DNA of 64,000 bases. Origin: Candidatus Poseidoniia archaeon (GTDB lineage: Archaea > Thermoplasmatota > Poseidoniia > MGIII > CG-Epi1). The DNA lies in NCBI GenBank assembly GCA_030748895.1, contig JASMLC010000003.1, positions 3,621-67,620 of the forward strand. Direction: 5' to 3'. The notes under the pieces were generated by a model that did not search any database, was not told where the DNA came from, and worked only from the letters and a program-made list of their open reading frames with translations. This document shows positions 21,376 through 30,041 of this stretch, in pieces. Numbering within the stretch: the first letter of the stretch is position 1; each line of letters begins with the position of its first letter. The position numbers were made by a program, and so were the translations under genes.

Positions 21376-22184
21376 AGGTGCTCGACTATGCCCTGAAAGA
21401 GCGGCCGCCCGTCGCCCGGCCCGTCGGGGTCACGGCCGTTGCTGGCCCAGTCAGAGTGCTGCCAGCCGTGGAACACCCGCTCGGGGTGCGGCATCATTCC
21501 CAGCACGTTGCCACGCGGGTTGGTGATGCCGGCGATATCGCCCGGCGCGCCATTGGGATTCCAGGGGTAGCCGGCGCCGGTGCTGCCTTCCGGGTCACAG
21601 TAACGGAACGCCACTTGCCCCGACGTCTCCAGCGCCGCGAGCCGCTCGTCGGGCAGCTGCAGCTTCCCCTCGGCGTGCGCGTTGGGGACCGCGATAACCT
21701 GCCCGCGCGCGTAGCGTGAAGTGAAGGGAGAGCCGCCGTTGCCCTCAACCTTCAGCATCACCGTGCGGGCTTCGAAACGGTTTGAGTCGTTGGTGTGCAA
21801 CACCGCCTCCGGGCCTTCGCTCAGGCCGTTCAGGGTGCCCGGCAGCGCGCCGGTCTCGACCAGTATCTGGAAGCCGTTGCAGACCCCCAGGACCGGGGCG
21901 CCGGAATTTATATACTCATCGAGTGAATCGCGCAAGCCCGCCCGCAGCCGCGCGGCGAAGATTGCGCCGGCGCGGACGTAGTCCCCGGCGGAGAATCCGC
22001 CCGGCAGGAAAAGCGCGTCATAGTCTGCCAGTTTCCGGTGCGGCTGCGCCTCGCCCAGCAGCTGCTTCAGGTGTACCTGTTCGGCGTTGCAGCCGAGCTG
22101 GCTGAATGCCGCCGCCGCCTCGTCTTCGCAGTTGGTGCCCTCGATGCGCAGCACCGCGACGTTGAGCTCCTGCGGGGAAGTCAT
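21366..22184 (-). CDS. purQ: Phosphoribosylformylglycinamidine synthase subunit PurQ
   Basis: EGTNCE, PGGFSAGDY, GVCNGFQIL, AHAEG, GMMPHPER; start refined to ATG at 22184. Confidence 0.96.
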   Translation of the reverse strand: MTSPQELNVAVLRIEGTNCEDEAAAAFSQLGCNAEQVHLKQLLGEAQPHRKLADYDALFLPGGFSAGDYVRAGAIFAARLRAGLRDSLDEYINSGAPVLGVCNGFQILVETGALPGTLNGLSEGPEAVLHTNDSNRFEARTVMLKVEGNGGSPFTSRYARGQVIAVPNAHAEGKLQLPDERLAALETSGQVAFRYCDPEGSTGAGYPWNPNGAPGDIAGITNPRGNVLGMMPHPERVFHGWQHSDWASNGRDPDGPGDGRPLFQGIVEHLCR

Positions 22185-22213
22185 CGGCGGCCGATGGTGG
22201 CAGCCGTAAAAAG

Positions 22214-22624
22214 CTAGTCCAGCCCGGGAAAGAAAATCGGGATTTCGCGCTCCGCGCTCTGCACCGAGTCGGAGCCGTGGACTACGTTCTCGTCCATAAC
22301 CAACCCGAAATCGCCGCGGATGGTCCCCGGCGCCGCCTGCGCGGGGTCGGTTGCGCCAATCAGCTTGCGCGCCAGCGCGACCGCGCCGGTCCCTTCCCAA
22401 ACGGTCGCGACGACCGGCCCGGAGTGGATGTAGGTGAGCAAGCTGTCGTAGAACGGCTTGCCCTCGTGTTCAGCGTAAAGCGCCTGCGATTGCGCCTCGC
22501 TTACGTCGAGCCGCTGCATGGCGGCCATGCGCAGGCCGGCGTCCTCGAAGCGTTGCAGGATGCGCCCGGCAAAGCCGCGTCGCACCGCGTCCGGCTTGAG
22601 CATCACGTAGGTCCGCTCGCTCAT
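22214..22624 (-). CDS. ndk: Nucleoside diphosphate kinase
   Basis: ERTYVMLKPDAV, GTIRGDF, NVVHGSDS; start refined to ATG at 22624. Confidence 0.97.
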   Translation of the reverse strand: MSERTYVMLKPDAVRRGFAGRILQRFEDAGLRMAAMQRLDVSEAQSQALYAEHEGKPFYDSLLTYIHSGPVVATVWEGTGAVALARKLIGATDPAQAAPGTIRGDFGLVMDENVVHGSDSVQSAEREIPIFFPGLD

Positions 22625-22809
22625 TTCTTCGCCTTGCGGGCCTTCCCGGTCCACTCGGTGCGCCCCGGAACCCGCTTCAGCTCAATCAGGTTCCGGCGGC
22701 ACTTGGAGCTGCAGAAATCGAAGGTCTGGCCGGTCTTGCGGACGTAGATCATTCCCGTTCCGGGCAGTATGCGCTTATCGCAGAAAGAACAGTTTCGCAG
22801 CTCAGCCAT
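22621..22809 (-). CDS. rpl24e: 50S ribosomal protein L24e
   Basis: CSFC...PGTG...FCSSKC...WT. Confidence 0.96.
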   Translation of the reverse strand: MAELRNCSFCDKRILPGTGMIYVRKTGQTFDFCSSKCRRNLIELKRVPGRTEWTGKARKAKK

Positions 22810-22811
22810 GA

Positions 22812-23021
22812 TTACCTCTTGCGGTCCAGCGCCTTCGCTTCTCGCGATGAGTCCATCAGCAGCAGCATGTCACCGACCTCGATCGGTCCCAGCACGTTGC
22901 GCCGGATAATGCGGCCGCGGTCATCGCCGTCGAGCACGCGCACCTTGACGGAACTCGCCTCGCCACGCATGCCGGTGCGGCCCAGCACCTCGACAACCTG
23001 CGCCGGAACGCCCTCTATCAT
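22812..23021 (-). CDS. rps28e: 30S ribosomal protein S28e
   Basis: GRTGMRGE...VKVRVL...RNVLGPI. Confidence 0.96.
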   Translation of the reverse strand: MIEGVPAQVVEVLGRTGMRGEASSVKVRVLDGDDRGRIIRRNVLGPIEVGDMLLLMDSSREAKALDRKR

Positions 23022-23392
23022 GCCTTCTGCGCTTCGCTAATCGCCTTCGTGACTTCGGTCAGCGACGCCTTCTTCTTGCCGACATCGGAAATCGCTACCG
23101 CAGCGGTCGGAACCTTGAGGCCGGACGCCTTGCCCAGCTCCTCGCGGGAGGGGACGTAGGTGTAGGGTATCTGCTTCTCAGCGCAGAGCATCGGCATGTG
23201 CGCCATGATTTCGGGCGGGCTGATGTCGAGCGCCATCACGACCAGCTTGGCCTGGCTGCGCTCGACGCGCTTCGTGACTTCATTGGCGCCCTTGTGGACC
23301 TTGCCGGTGTCGCGTGCGGCCTCGACGGCCAGATACGCCTTCTCGCTCAACTCCTTGGGAGCCTCATACGTTACGTAAATCGGGTTTGCCAT
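23018..23392 (-). CDS. rpl7ae: 50S ribosomal protein L7Ae (K-turn/K-loop binding)
   Basis: KGANEVTKRVER...LVVMALDISPPEI...LC.EK.IPY..V.SREELG. Confidence 0.97.
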   Translation of the reverse strand: MANPIYVTYEAPKELSEKAYLAVEAARDTGKVHKGANEVTKRVERSQAKLVVMALDISPPEIMAHMPMLCAEKQIPYTYVPSREELGKASGLKVPTAAVAISDVGKKKASLTEVTKAISEAQKA

Positions 23393-23482
23393 ATTTCCTC
23401 CTTCGGACCGAAGTCCTCATTATTCACGGGGGCTGCGCGCCACGAAACGGGGCCTATTTAAGCATCCCCGGATGCGCCGCGC

Positions 23483-23785
23483 GTGGCGCTCACCGTCTAC
23501 ACCACTGCTCCCGACGAGGAGACCGCCGAAAAGCTGGCGCGCGGTGCACTCGAGGCGGGCCTTGCGGCGTGCGTCAATTTCTGGCCGGTGCGGACGATGT
23601 ATCGCTGGGAGGGCGAGCTGCGCGACGACGCTGAGCAGTTGCTGCTGCTAAAGTGCGGGCGCGAGAAATGGGAGCAGCTGGAGCAGTTCATCAAGGAAAA
23701 CCACCCCTATTCGCTGCCCGCCATCGTCGCGCTGCCGTGGGAAGCAGCGCACGCGCCGTTCCGCGACTGGGTCGAGGGGGCATGA
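23483..23785 (+). CDS. cutA: Divalent-cation tolerance protein CutA
   Basis: LAACVN...Y.WEG...E.LLLLK...HPY..PAI. Confidence 0.93.
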   Translation: MALTVYTTAPDEETAEKLARGALEAGLAACVNFWPVRTMYRWEGELRDDAEQLLLLKCGREKWEQLEQFIKENHPYSLPAIVALPWEAAHAPFRDWVEGA

Positions 23786-25005
23786 GCGACTACGACGTCG
23801 TCGTCTGTGGCGGCGGGCCGAGCGGGACGACGACCGCCTTCTACGCCGCGCGAGCGGGGCTGCGCGTCGCGCTGGTCGACCGCGCGAAGTTCCCGCGCGA
23901 CAAGGCGTGCGGCGGACTGCTGACGCCGCGTGTGCTCAGCGAGCTGCCAGAACTGGCGCCGTTCATCGAGCCGGTTATCGAGTGCGCTTCACACGACGTG
24001 CGACTCTATTCGCCGTCGCTGAAATACCGCATCGACTTCGACTTCGGCCCGTACACGCCGTGGAATATCCGGCGCGAAATCTTCGACAACGCGCTGCTCG
24101 AGGCGGCGCGCGAAGCCGGCGCGGAGGTGTTCACCGGAACCCGCGCCAGCAGCTTCGACTTCAACGGCGGCGTCACCGTCGCGACCCCGCAAGGCGACCT
24201 GAGTGCGCAGGTAGTGGTCGGCGCGATGGGGGCCAACGACGCACTGGCACAGCGCGTGCGCGAGGCGCGCGGGGTGGCGCCGTGGCACGACGGGGAAATC
24301 GGGACCGCGCTGATGTGGGAGCCCGAGGTGGGTCGCGACTTCATGGAGCACGCCTTCGGCGACAAGCGGTCGCTGCTGGTCCACTTCCGGCCGGCCGGCA
24401 TCGAGGGCTACGGCTGGGTCTTCCCCAAGGACACCATCCTGAACATCGGCTTTGGCGGCTACAACCGCACCATCAAATCCATCAACGTGCGCGAAATCTG
24501 GAAGGACTACCTTGAGCTGCTGCGCAACGACGGCTACTTCCCCGCAGGCGACCCGGACCCGCCGGTGAAGGGCGCGCCGCTGCCGCTTGGCGGTCCACTG
24601 CGCGCGACAACCGCCGAGCGGACGCTGATTGTCGGCGACTCGGCCGGGATGGTCTCGCCGCTCTCGGGCGAAGGCATCTACTACGGCATGCACGCCGGCA
24701 AGCTGGCGGTCGAGACCATCCAGCAGGCGCTCGCGAGCGGTGACTTCTCGCAGCGGGCGCTCGACAGCTACCACCGCGCGTGGCAGCACGCTTTCGGGCA
24801 GGAGCTGCGCGACCTGTCGTTCTTCGCCAAACTGGCGCTGAAGTTCCCCGAACGGATGGTCTACTACGGCACCCGCGACCCGAAGATGTGCGAAATCTTC
24901 GCCGACCTGTTTCTCGGCGTGACCCCCGGCGGACTCGGCAAGCGCAAGCCGGTCGCCCGCGCCCTGCGCAACGTCATCCGCTACCCGTATTTCGGCTGGG
25001 GCTGA
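23782..25005 (+). CDS. Geranylgeranyl reductase-family flavoprotein
   Basis: GGGPSG, FPRDKACGG, GYGWVFPK, GDSAG..SPLSGEGI; ATG overlaps the cutA stop. Confidence 0.9.
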   Translation: MSDYDVVVCGGGPSGTTTAFYAARAGLRVALVDRAKFPRDKACGGLLTPRVLSELPELAPFIEPVIECASHDVRLYSPSLKYRIDFDFGPYTPWNIRREIFDNALLEAAREAGAEVFTGTRASSFDFNGGVTVATPQGDLSAQVVVGAMGANDALAQRVREARGVAPWHDGEIGTALMWEPEVGRDFMEHAFGDKRSLLVHFRPAGIEGYGWVFPKDTILNIGFGGYNRTIKSINVREIWKDYLELLRNDGYFPAGDPDPPVKGAPLPLGGPLRATTAERTLIVGDSAGMVSPLSGEGIYYGMHAGKLAVETIQQALASGDFSQRALDSYHRAWQHAFGQELRDLSFFAKLALKFPERMVYYGTRDPKMCEIFADLFLGVTPGGLGKRKPVARALRNVIRYPYFGWG

Positions 25006-25327
25006 ATATTTTCATCGGCTCCAGCACTCGCCGGCTGGCGCGGAAGCGGCCGCCGAAGCGCGCCTGCCCTTCGTGGATGAGCGTCGGCGCGTGGTCGCGC
25101 TGATAGGCTTCGAGCGCGACGCGGTCGCGCAGCCGGTACTGGATGGTCCAGCGTACTTTGTCGCCACCGCGCGATGTGGCGCCATCGGCCGCCGCATCGC
25201 GCTCGAACCACTCGGCGCCGAGGAAGCCGTCGATTTCGAGGATGTGCGCAATATGTGGCTTCAGCCACGCCGCGTATTCGTCAGCAATGTCGGGGTCGAC
25301 GGTGAGGTTGACTTCGTAGATTATCAT
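24974..25327 (-). CDS. DUF4286-like small protein
   Basis: MIIYEVNL.V...I..EY..WL..HI..IL...GF...YQRDHAP.L..EG..RFG. Confidence 0.75.
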   Translation of the reverse strand: MIIYEVNLTVDPDIADEYAAWLKPHIAHILEIDGFLGAEWFERDAAADGATSRGGDKVRWTIQYRLRDRVALEAYQRDHAPTLIHEGQARFGGRFRASRRVLEPMKIFSPSRNTGSG

Positions 25328-26283
25328 GCGGCGAATATGCGCTCGACAATCCACGCCGCGTCGAACGGCATCAAATCTTCGTAGTCCTGCCCGATGCCGA
25401 CGAACGCGATGGGGCGACCGATGGCGCTCGCAATCGAGAGCGCGGCGCCCCCCTTGGCATCGACGTCCAACTTGGTCAGGATGACCGCGTCGATGCCGAC
25501 CGTGGCGTGGAACTTGCGCGCCTGCTCGACCGCGTCGTTGCCGGCGAGCGCATCGCCGACGAACATGACCATATCGGGCTTCGCGACGCGCTGTATCTTG
25601 GCCATCTCGTCCATCAGGTTGGTATTGGTCTGCATCCGGCCGGCAGTATCAATCAGCACCACGTCGCGGTGCTTCGCCCTGGCGTGCGCGACTGCGTCGA
25701 ACGCGACCGCCGCCGGGTCGCCGCCCGCCTGGTGCGCGATGAACTTGCATCCCAGCTTGTTGGCGTGAATCTCCAGCTGTTCGATAGCGCCGGCGCGGAA
25801 CGTGTCGGCCGCCGCGAGGACGACGCTGCGCCCCTGCGCCTGCAGCCAGTGCGCCAGCCGCGCGATGGTGGTGGTCTTGCCGGTGCCGTTCACTCCGACA
25901 AAGGCGATTACCAGCGGTCCGTCGGCGCGGGCGAGCAGCCGCTGCGGGTCGAAGCTCTCGAGCGAGAGCAGCTCGACGAGGCTCGCCTTGAGCGCCTTCT
26001 CGATGGTCGGCGCGATTTCGCCCCGCGAGGCGACGCGCAGGCCGACCAGTCGCTCGCGTAGCTTCGCCTTCAGCGCCTCGACCGCCTCCATCGCGACGTC
26101 GCTCTCGAGCAGTGCTAGCTCCAGCTCCCACATCACGTTCTCGAGATGCTTTTCCTGCACCACGGCGCCCTTCTCGCGCTCCTCGGGGCGATACGCTTCG
26201 TAGCTCAAATCGAGCTGCGGCTCGATTTCGGCTTCCGCCTGCTTGCCAGCGCGCCGGAAGCGGTCGCGCAGCGACTTGAACAT
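25324..26283 (-). CDS. ftsY: Signal recognition particle receptor FtsY
   Basis: GVNGTGKTTT, AADTFRAGA, DTAGR, TKLDVDAKGG; start refined to ATG at 26283. Confidence 0.97.
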   Translation of the reverse strand: MFKSLRDRFRRAGKQAEAEIEPQLDLSYEAYRPEEREKGAVVQEKHLENVMWELELALLESDVAMEAVEALKAKLRERLVGLRVASRGEIAPTIEKALKASLVELLSLESFDPQRLLARADGPLVIAFVGVNGTGKTTTIARLAHWLQAQGRSVVLAAADTFRAGAIEQLEIHANKLGCKFIAHQAGGDPAAVAFDAVAHARAKHRDVVLIDTAGRMQTNTNLMDEMAKIQRVAKPDMVMFVGDALAGNDAVEQARKFHATVGIDAVILTKLDVDAKGGAALSIASAIGRPIAFVGIGQDYEDLMPFDAAWIVERIFAA

Positions 26284-26747
26284 CACCTGCCTCCCGGGAG
26301 CAGGAAGTCGGAGCCGACCTCCTTCGCCGCCTCGGCCTGCGCATAGAGTGCCTCGGCGCGTTCGCGCAGCTGCGCGTGCTGCTGCTGGAGCTGCGCCAGC
26401 GACTCGCGGTAGTCGCGTGTCGCCTTCTCGACCTCGTCCAGCCGCGACTGGAGCCGCTCGAGCGCCTGCTCGAGCGGCGCCTCCATGTAGACGCGCGAGC
26501 CGAGCCCAGTCAGCACCCGCTCCTGCGAGCCGAGGCTCGCAAAGAGCGAAGTGTTGTAGCCGACGGGGACCAGCATCTCGCGCCCTTCCGGCTCCTCCTG
26601 TAGGCCGTCGAGCGTCGTGCGCGCCTGCCAGATTTCGGCGCGCACCGCGGCGAGCGTCTCGAGCTGCGCCTCCCACGCGCGCACCTGCTGCTCGACCTGC
26701 GCCAGCGTATCCACGAGCTGCTTCAGCTCATCCTCGTCCTCGGACAC
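26283..26747 (-). CDS. pfdA: Prefoldin alpha subunit
   Basis: Coiled coil - beta hairpin (EMLVPVG...VLTGLGSRVYME) - coiled coil; directly upstream of ftsY. Confidence 0.88.
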   Translation of the reverse strand: MSEDEDELKQLVDTLAQVEQQVRAWEAQLETLAAVRAEIWQARTTLDGLQEEPEGREMLVPVGYNTSLFASLGSQERVLTGLGSRVYMEAPLEQALERLQSRLDEVEKATRDYRESLAQLQQQHAQLRERAEALYAQAEAAKEVGSDFLLPGGR

Positions 26748-26940
26748 GCGGCGCCATCCACCCCCGGATTAAAGCGCGACGTCGGCGTCGCGCTCGGCGG
26801 CGGGACGCCGAACCGAAGCAGCCGCGTGTCGAGTAGGGCGAGGCACGCCAGGCTGCGCTTGACGAAGCGACGCCGAACGGCGGAGCGCAGTCAACGGCCG
26901 TCTGCGGCCGAAGCCATTATATGCGGCAGCCAATGGAAAC

Positions 26941-27119
26941 GGGCGGCTGTCGAAGGCTCTGCCGACACATGAAGTGGAGTGCAAACGGCCGCGCAAATGA
27001 CGCCTCTAGGGTCCCCGCCGGATTCGTGATGGACGGGACAACCCAGGCGTCGCACACGTCGCCCGGTCAGGGTCAGGGCCCGGACTAATGATGGTGCCCG
27101 TTACGACCGGGGGACACCC
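26941..27119 (+). ncRNA. Three-hairpin box H/ACA pseudouridylation guide RNA
   Basis: Three hairpins, each with an 11-nt K-loop N-GA-N4-TGA-N (26963-73, 27020-30, 27082-92) and an ANA/ACA box (26995-97, 27054-56, 27114-16) 14 nt from the start of the 3' guide strand; TATA-like TTATAT at 26917-22. Confidence 0.88.
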
Positions 27120-27123
27120 TGTT

Positions 27124-28074
27124 TTAGCGATAAGCGGCGCTGAACGCCGCGAGGAATCCCGCGAGCTCCCCGTCGGGCAGCGCGTCGATGCCGGCCGCCT
27201 TGGGCCTCCCGCCGCCGCCGAAGCGCGCGCAGAGTGTGCCGGCGCCCTCCGGCGCCGCGAGCGGCGCGCGCAGCGAAACGCGCAAGCTGCCGTCGCCGTT
27301 CGCGACCAGCACCGCGTGCGCACGGCCGCGCTGCGCCTGCGCCAGCCGGTTTCCCAGCGGGCCGGCGATGCGCTGCGCCCATTTTTCGGCGGGCAGCTGC
27401 CACGCAGCTACGGTCTGCGTATCAAGCAAGGGTTCGGTTCTTTCGGCGTGGGCGATGTCAGCGCGGTAGCGCTCCCACAACTCGCCGGGGAGCGGCTGGC
27501 GCGCGAACTCCAGCGGGTCGGCGAACGGCGCCAGCGCGCGGTAGAGCGCGTCGGGTGCGACGTGCAGGTCGACGACGCGCAGGCCGTAGCTGTTGTAGTT
27601 GAGCGCGATGCCGAGCCGCCGCAGCGCCCCGGTTTCGTCGTCCGACAGCCCCGCGTCGGCGCAGAGCCGCGTCGCGAGCCGCAGGTGGTTGTCACCGAAC
27701 GCCGAGACGATGGCCCAGCGATGGTGCGCGCCGCCCAGCAGCCGGTCGACAATCAGCCCGGTGGACATTCGCGGCGCGGTGTCGATGTGCGTTTCGAGAC
27801 GCGGATGCTCGGCGACCGCGCCCGGGTCGTGGTGGTCGATGTAGCGGATGCGCGCGCCGGCCGCGAGCAGCCGCTCGACGTCGTCGCCGTTGCGGCGGTA
27901 GGAGACGTCGAGCACCGTCACCGTATCGCCCGCGCCCGCGTCGACGCGGGCGAGCAGCGCGTTGTCGCGCTTGACTCCCGTCACGAGTGTCGCCGTGCGG
28001 GGGCGCGCCAGCCGCAGCTGTTGCAGCGCGCAGATGCCGTCGGCGTCGCCGTTGAAGACGTCGTAGTGGGTCAT
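27124..28074 (-). CDS. DHH/DHHA1-family phosphoesterase
   Basis: NGDADG, VLDV, YIDHH, C-terminal GGGGRPKAAGI; start refined to ATG at 28074. Confidence 0.85.
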   Translation of the reverse strand: MTHYDVFNGDADGICALQQLRLARPRTATLVTGVKRDNALLARVDAGAGDTVTVLDVSYRRNGDDVERLLAAGARIRYIDHHDPGAVAEHPRLETHIDTAPRMSTGLIVDRLLGGAHHRWAIVSAFGDNHLRLATRLCADAGLSDDETGALRRLGIALNYNSYGLRVVDLHVAPDALYRALAPFADPLEFARQPLPGELWERYRADIAHAERTEPLLDTQTVAAWQLPAEKWAQRIAGPLGNRLAQAQRGRAHAVLVANGDGSLRVSLRAPLAAPEGAGTLCARFGGGGRPKAAGIDALPDGELAGFLAAFSAAYR

Positions 28075-28946
28075 GCGAGCCACCCCGGCAGCTCGCGGTC
28101 GCCCAACAATTGCGCCAGCGCGCGGTTGTGCGGCGCGTAATACTCCTCGAGCTGGCGCCGGCTCGCGTCGTCGAGTACGGCGGGGTGCGGTTTCGCGTTC
28201 AGCAGCCGGTGCGCGCCCGACAGCAGCCGCTTGCTCCACGGTGCCCAGCGCCAGAGCGGCGCGCAGCCGTGGTCGACCGCAATCGCCAGCCGCTGCACCG
28301 CGCGGCTGCGGTAGAGCAGCGAGACGTTCTCGGCGCCCGTTTGCGCCAGCGGAATCCCTCCGGCGTCAAGGTCGAGCCAGTTACAGATGCCCGCGAGCAG
28401 CGCGTCGCGGTCGGCGACCAGCGTGTCGAAGAACTCGACCCGCAGCGCGTCGACGCAGGTGGCCTGCCACTCCGGCAGCCAGCGCGCGTAGCAGCCGCCG
28501 GCGACGCCGAACAAATCCTGATTTTCGCGCCGCTCCAGCTCCGCCTCCGGGAGCGCGAGGCAGCGGTCGACGTAGTCGCTGAAGGCGACCCCCGTCAGGC
28601 GACCCTGCGACTGCCGGTAGCGGTAGTACGAGAAGGCGCGGCCGACCGGCTCGCGCAGCAGCAGGATGACGTGCGCGTCGGGCGCCACGGCGCGAATCGC
28701 CTCCGCGACAGCCGCGCCGCCGTAGCCGTAGCCGGGGGTGCCGTCGAGCCGCCACCGCTCACTTCGCGCGTGCGCGAAGTTGCGCGCGTAATCCGGCGGC
28801 GGGAGCGGGTCGCCCCAGCGCAGCGGCAGGAAGTGACCTGGCTCCTTGGGGCGCGCGCCGCATACTTCGGGATGCGCAGCGAGCCAGCTGAAGAGCGAGG
28901 TCGTGCCCGCCTTGGGGAAGCCGGCGAGGAACAGATTTGGCAGCAC
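28071..28946 (-). CDS. PAPS-dependent sulfotransferase
   Basis: 5'-PSB loop GFPKAGTTSL, KEPGHF, 3'-PB motif LLREPVGRAFSYY. Confidence 0.92.
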   Translation of the reverse strand: MLPNLFLAGFPKAGTTSLFSWLAAHPEVCGARPKEPGHFLPLRWGDPLPPPDYARNFAHARSERWRLDGTPGYGYGGAAVAEAIRAVAPDAHVILLLREPVGRAFSYYRYRQSQGRLTGVAFSDYVDRCLALPEAELERRENQDLFGVAGGCYARWLPEWQATCVDALRVEFFDTLVADRDALLAGICNWLDLDAGGIPLAQTGAENVSLLYRSRAVQRLAIAVDHGCAPLWRWAPWSKRLLSGAHRLLNAKPHPAVLDDASRRQLEEYYAPHNRALAQLLGDRELPGWLA

Positions 28947-28994
28947 GATGTTTCAGGGCCACAGCCCTTTATAATCGGAGCGAATGCAAAACAG

Positions 28995-30041
28995 TTGAAA
29001 TCCTACACGCTTTTCGACGGACTCCGGGTCGCCCTCGAGTCCGAAAGCGCTGCCGCTGCCGCGCACTTCGACGCCGAACTGCTCCCGCACGGCGCCGACG
29101 CCGGTGGCGAGCGACAGGAGATTTTCTTTCGCGAGACCGCCGTGCTCAGCGGCGGGGGCGGCGCGGTCGGGTCGCCCGACCGCGCCCGGCTCAAATTCGT
29201 CAAGGGCGCACCGCAATTCACTCTCGACGGCGACCGCATGCTGGTGCGCGCGTGGAACGGCACCCGCGCCTCGCTGCCGCTGGCGATGGGCGACCGCACG
29301 GTAGTCGAGTTCGAGCCGGAAATGCCGCTGGCGTTCCTCTTCAACACGCTCTTCCCGCCGCTGCTGCGCCGCCACCTGCGCCGCGAGGGGAAGGCGCTGC
29401 TCCACGCCTCGGCGGCCGAGGTCGACGGGCGGGCGGAAGTTTACTGCGGCTGGGCACACGCCGGCAAGACCAGCTCGCTGCTCGGCATGCTGCGTGACGG
29501 GGGGCGCTACCTCGGCGACGACAAGGTCGTCATCGACCGCGAAGGACGCATCCATCCCTGCCTGCTGCGGCTCAACCTCTTCGGCTACAACTTCGAGCAG
29601 CACCCCTGGCTGGTGAAGCGCGCGTTCCGGCCGGCGCGCTACCACTGGCTCAGCTGGTGGAACCGCCGCGCGCAGGGCGCACTGCGCCGCCCCTGGAACA
29701 AGGGGCCGCTGCGCGGCGGCTGGGAGTCAGTCGAATACGTGACCAAGACCGGCCTCCACAACCGCTACCGCCCTGAGGAACTGGAAATCCCGGTCGCCGA
29801 CGCGCCGGTGCCGCTCGGCACGTTCCACGTGCTGGCGCCGCTGCCGGAGCTTGAACTGGACGACCTCGCGCGGCGGCTGCGGTCGGTGAACGACGAGGAG
29901 GATTTCCTCCAGAAGCGGATGCAGCCGGCGGCCGACTTCCTGCATGGCGCGGCGTCGCTGTTCGAGGGAGGCGACGCCGAGGAGCGGCTGATTGCCGACG
30001 CGCTCGCGAATGCCGGAAAGATAACTTACGGGAGCGGTTGA
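28995..30041 (+). CDS. HPr-kinase-related P-loop protein
   Basis: LLHASA...GWAHAGKTS (Walker A)...LGDD; probable TTG start at 28995. Confidence 0.65.
   Translation: MKSYTLFDGLRVALESESAAAAAHFDAELLPHGADAGGERQEIFFRETAVLSGGGGAVGSPDRARLKFVKGAPQFTLDGDRMLVRAWNGTRASLPLAMGDRTVVEFEPEMPLAFLFNTLFPPLLRRHLRREGKALLHASAAEVDGRAEVYCGWAHAGKTSSLLGMLRDGGRYLGDDKVVIDREGRIHPCLLRLNLFGYNFEQHPWLVKRAFRPARYHWLSWWNRRAQGALRRPWNKGPLRGGWESVEYVTKTGLHNRYRPEELEIPVADAPVPLGTFHVLAPLPELELDDLARRLRSVNDEEDFLQKRMQPAADFLHGAASLFEGGDAEERLIADALANAGKITYGSG

Noticed and set aside
24974-25005. 32-bp convergent overlap between the GGR and DUF4286-like genes
   Set aside because: Short tail-to-tail overlaps are common in compact genomes.
26925-27125. 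RNase P RNA, riboswitch, twister ribozyme or ORB-containing origin as the identity of this spacer
   Set aside because: No GAGGAAAGUCC/P4 or riboswitch cores. CCAATGGAAAC is a single partial ORB-like word. The three-unit H/ACA model explains the whole region.
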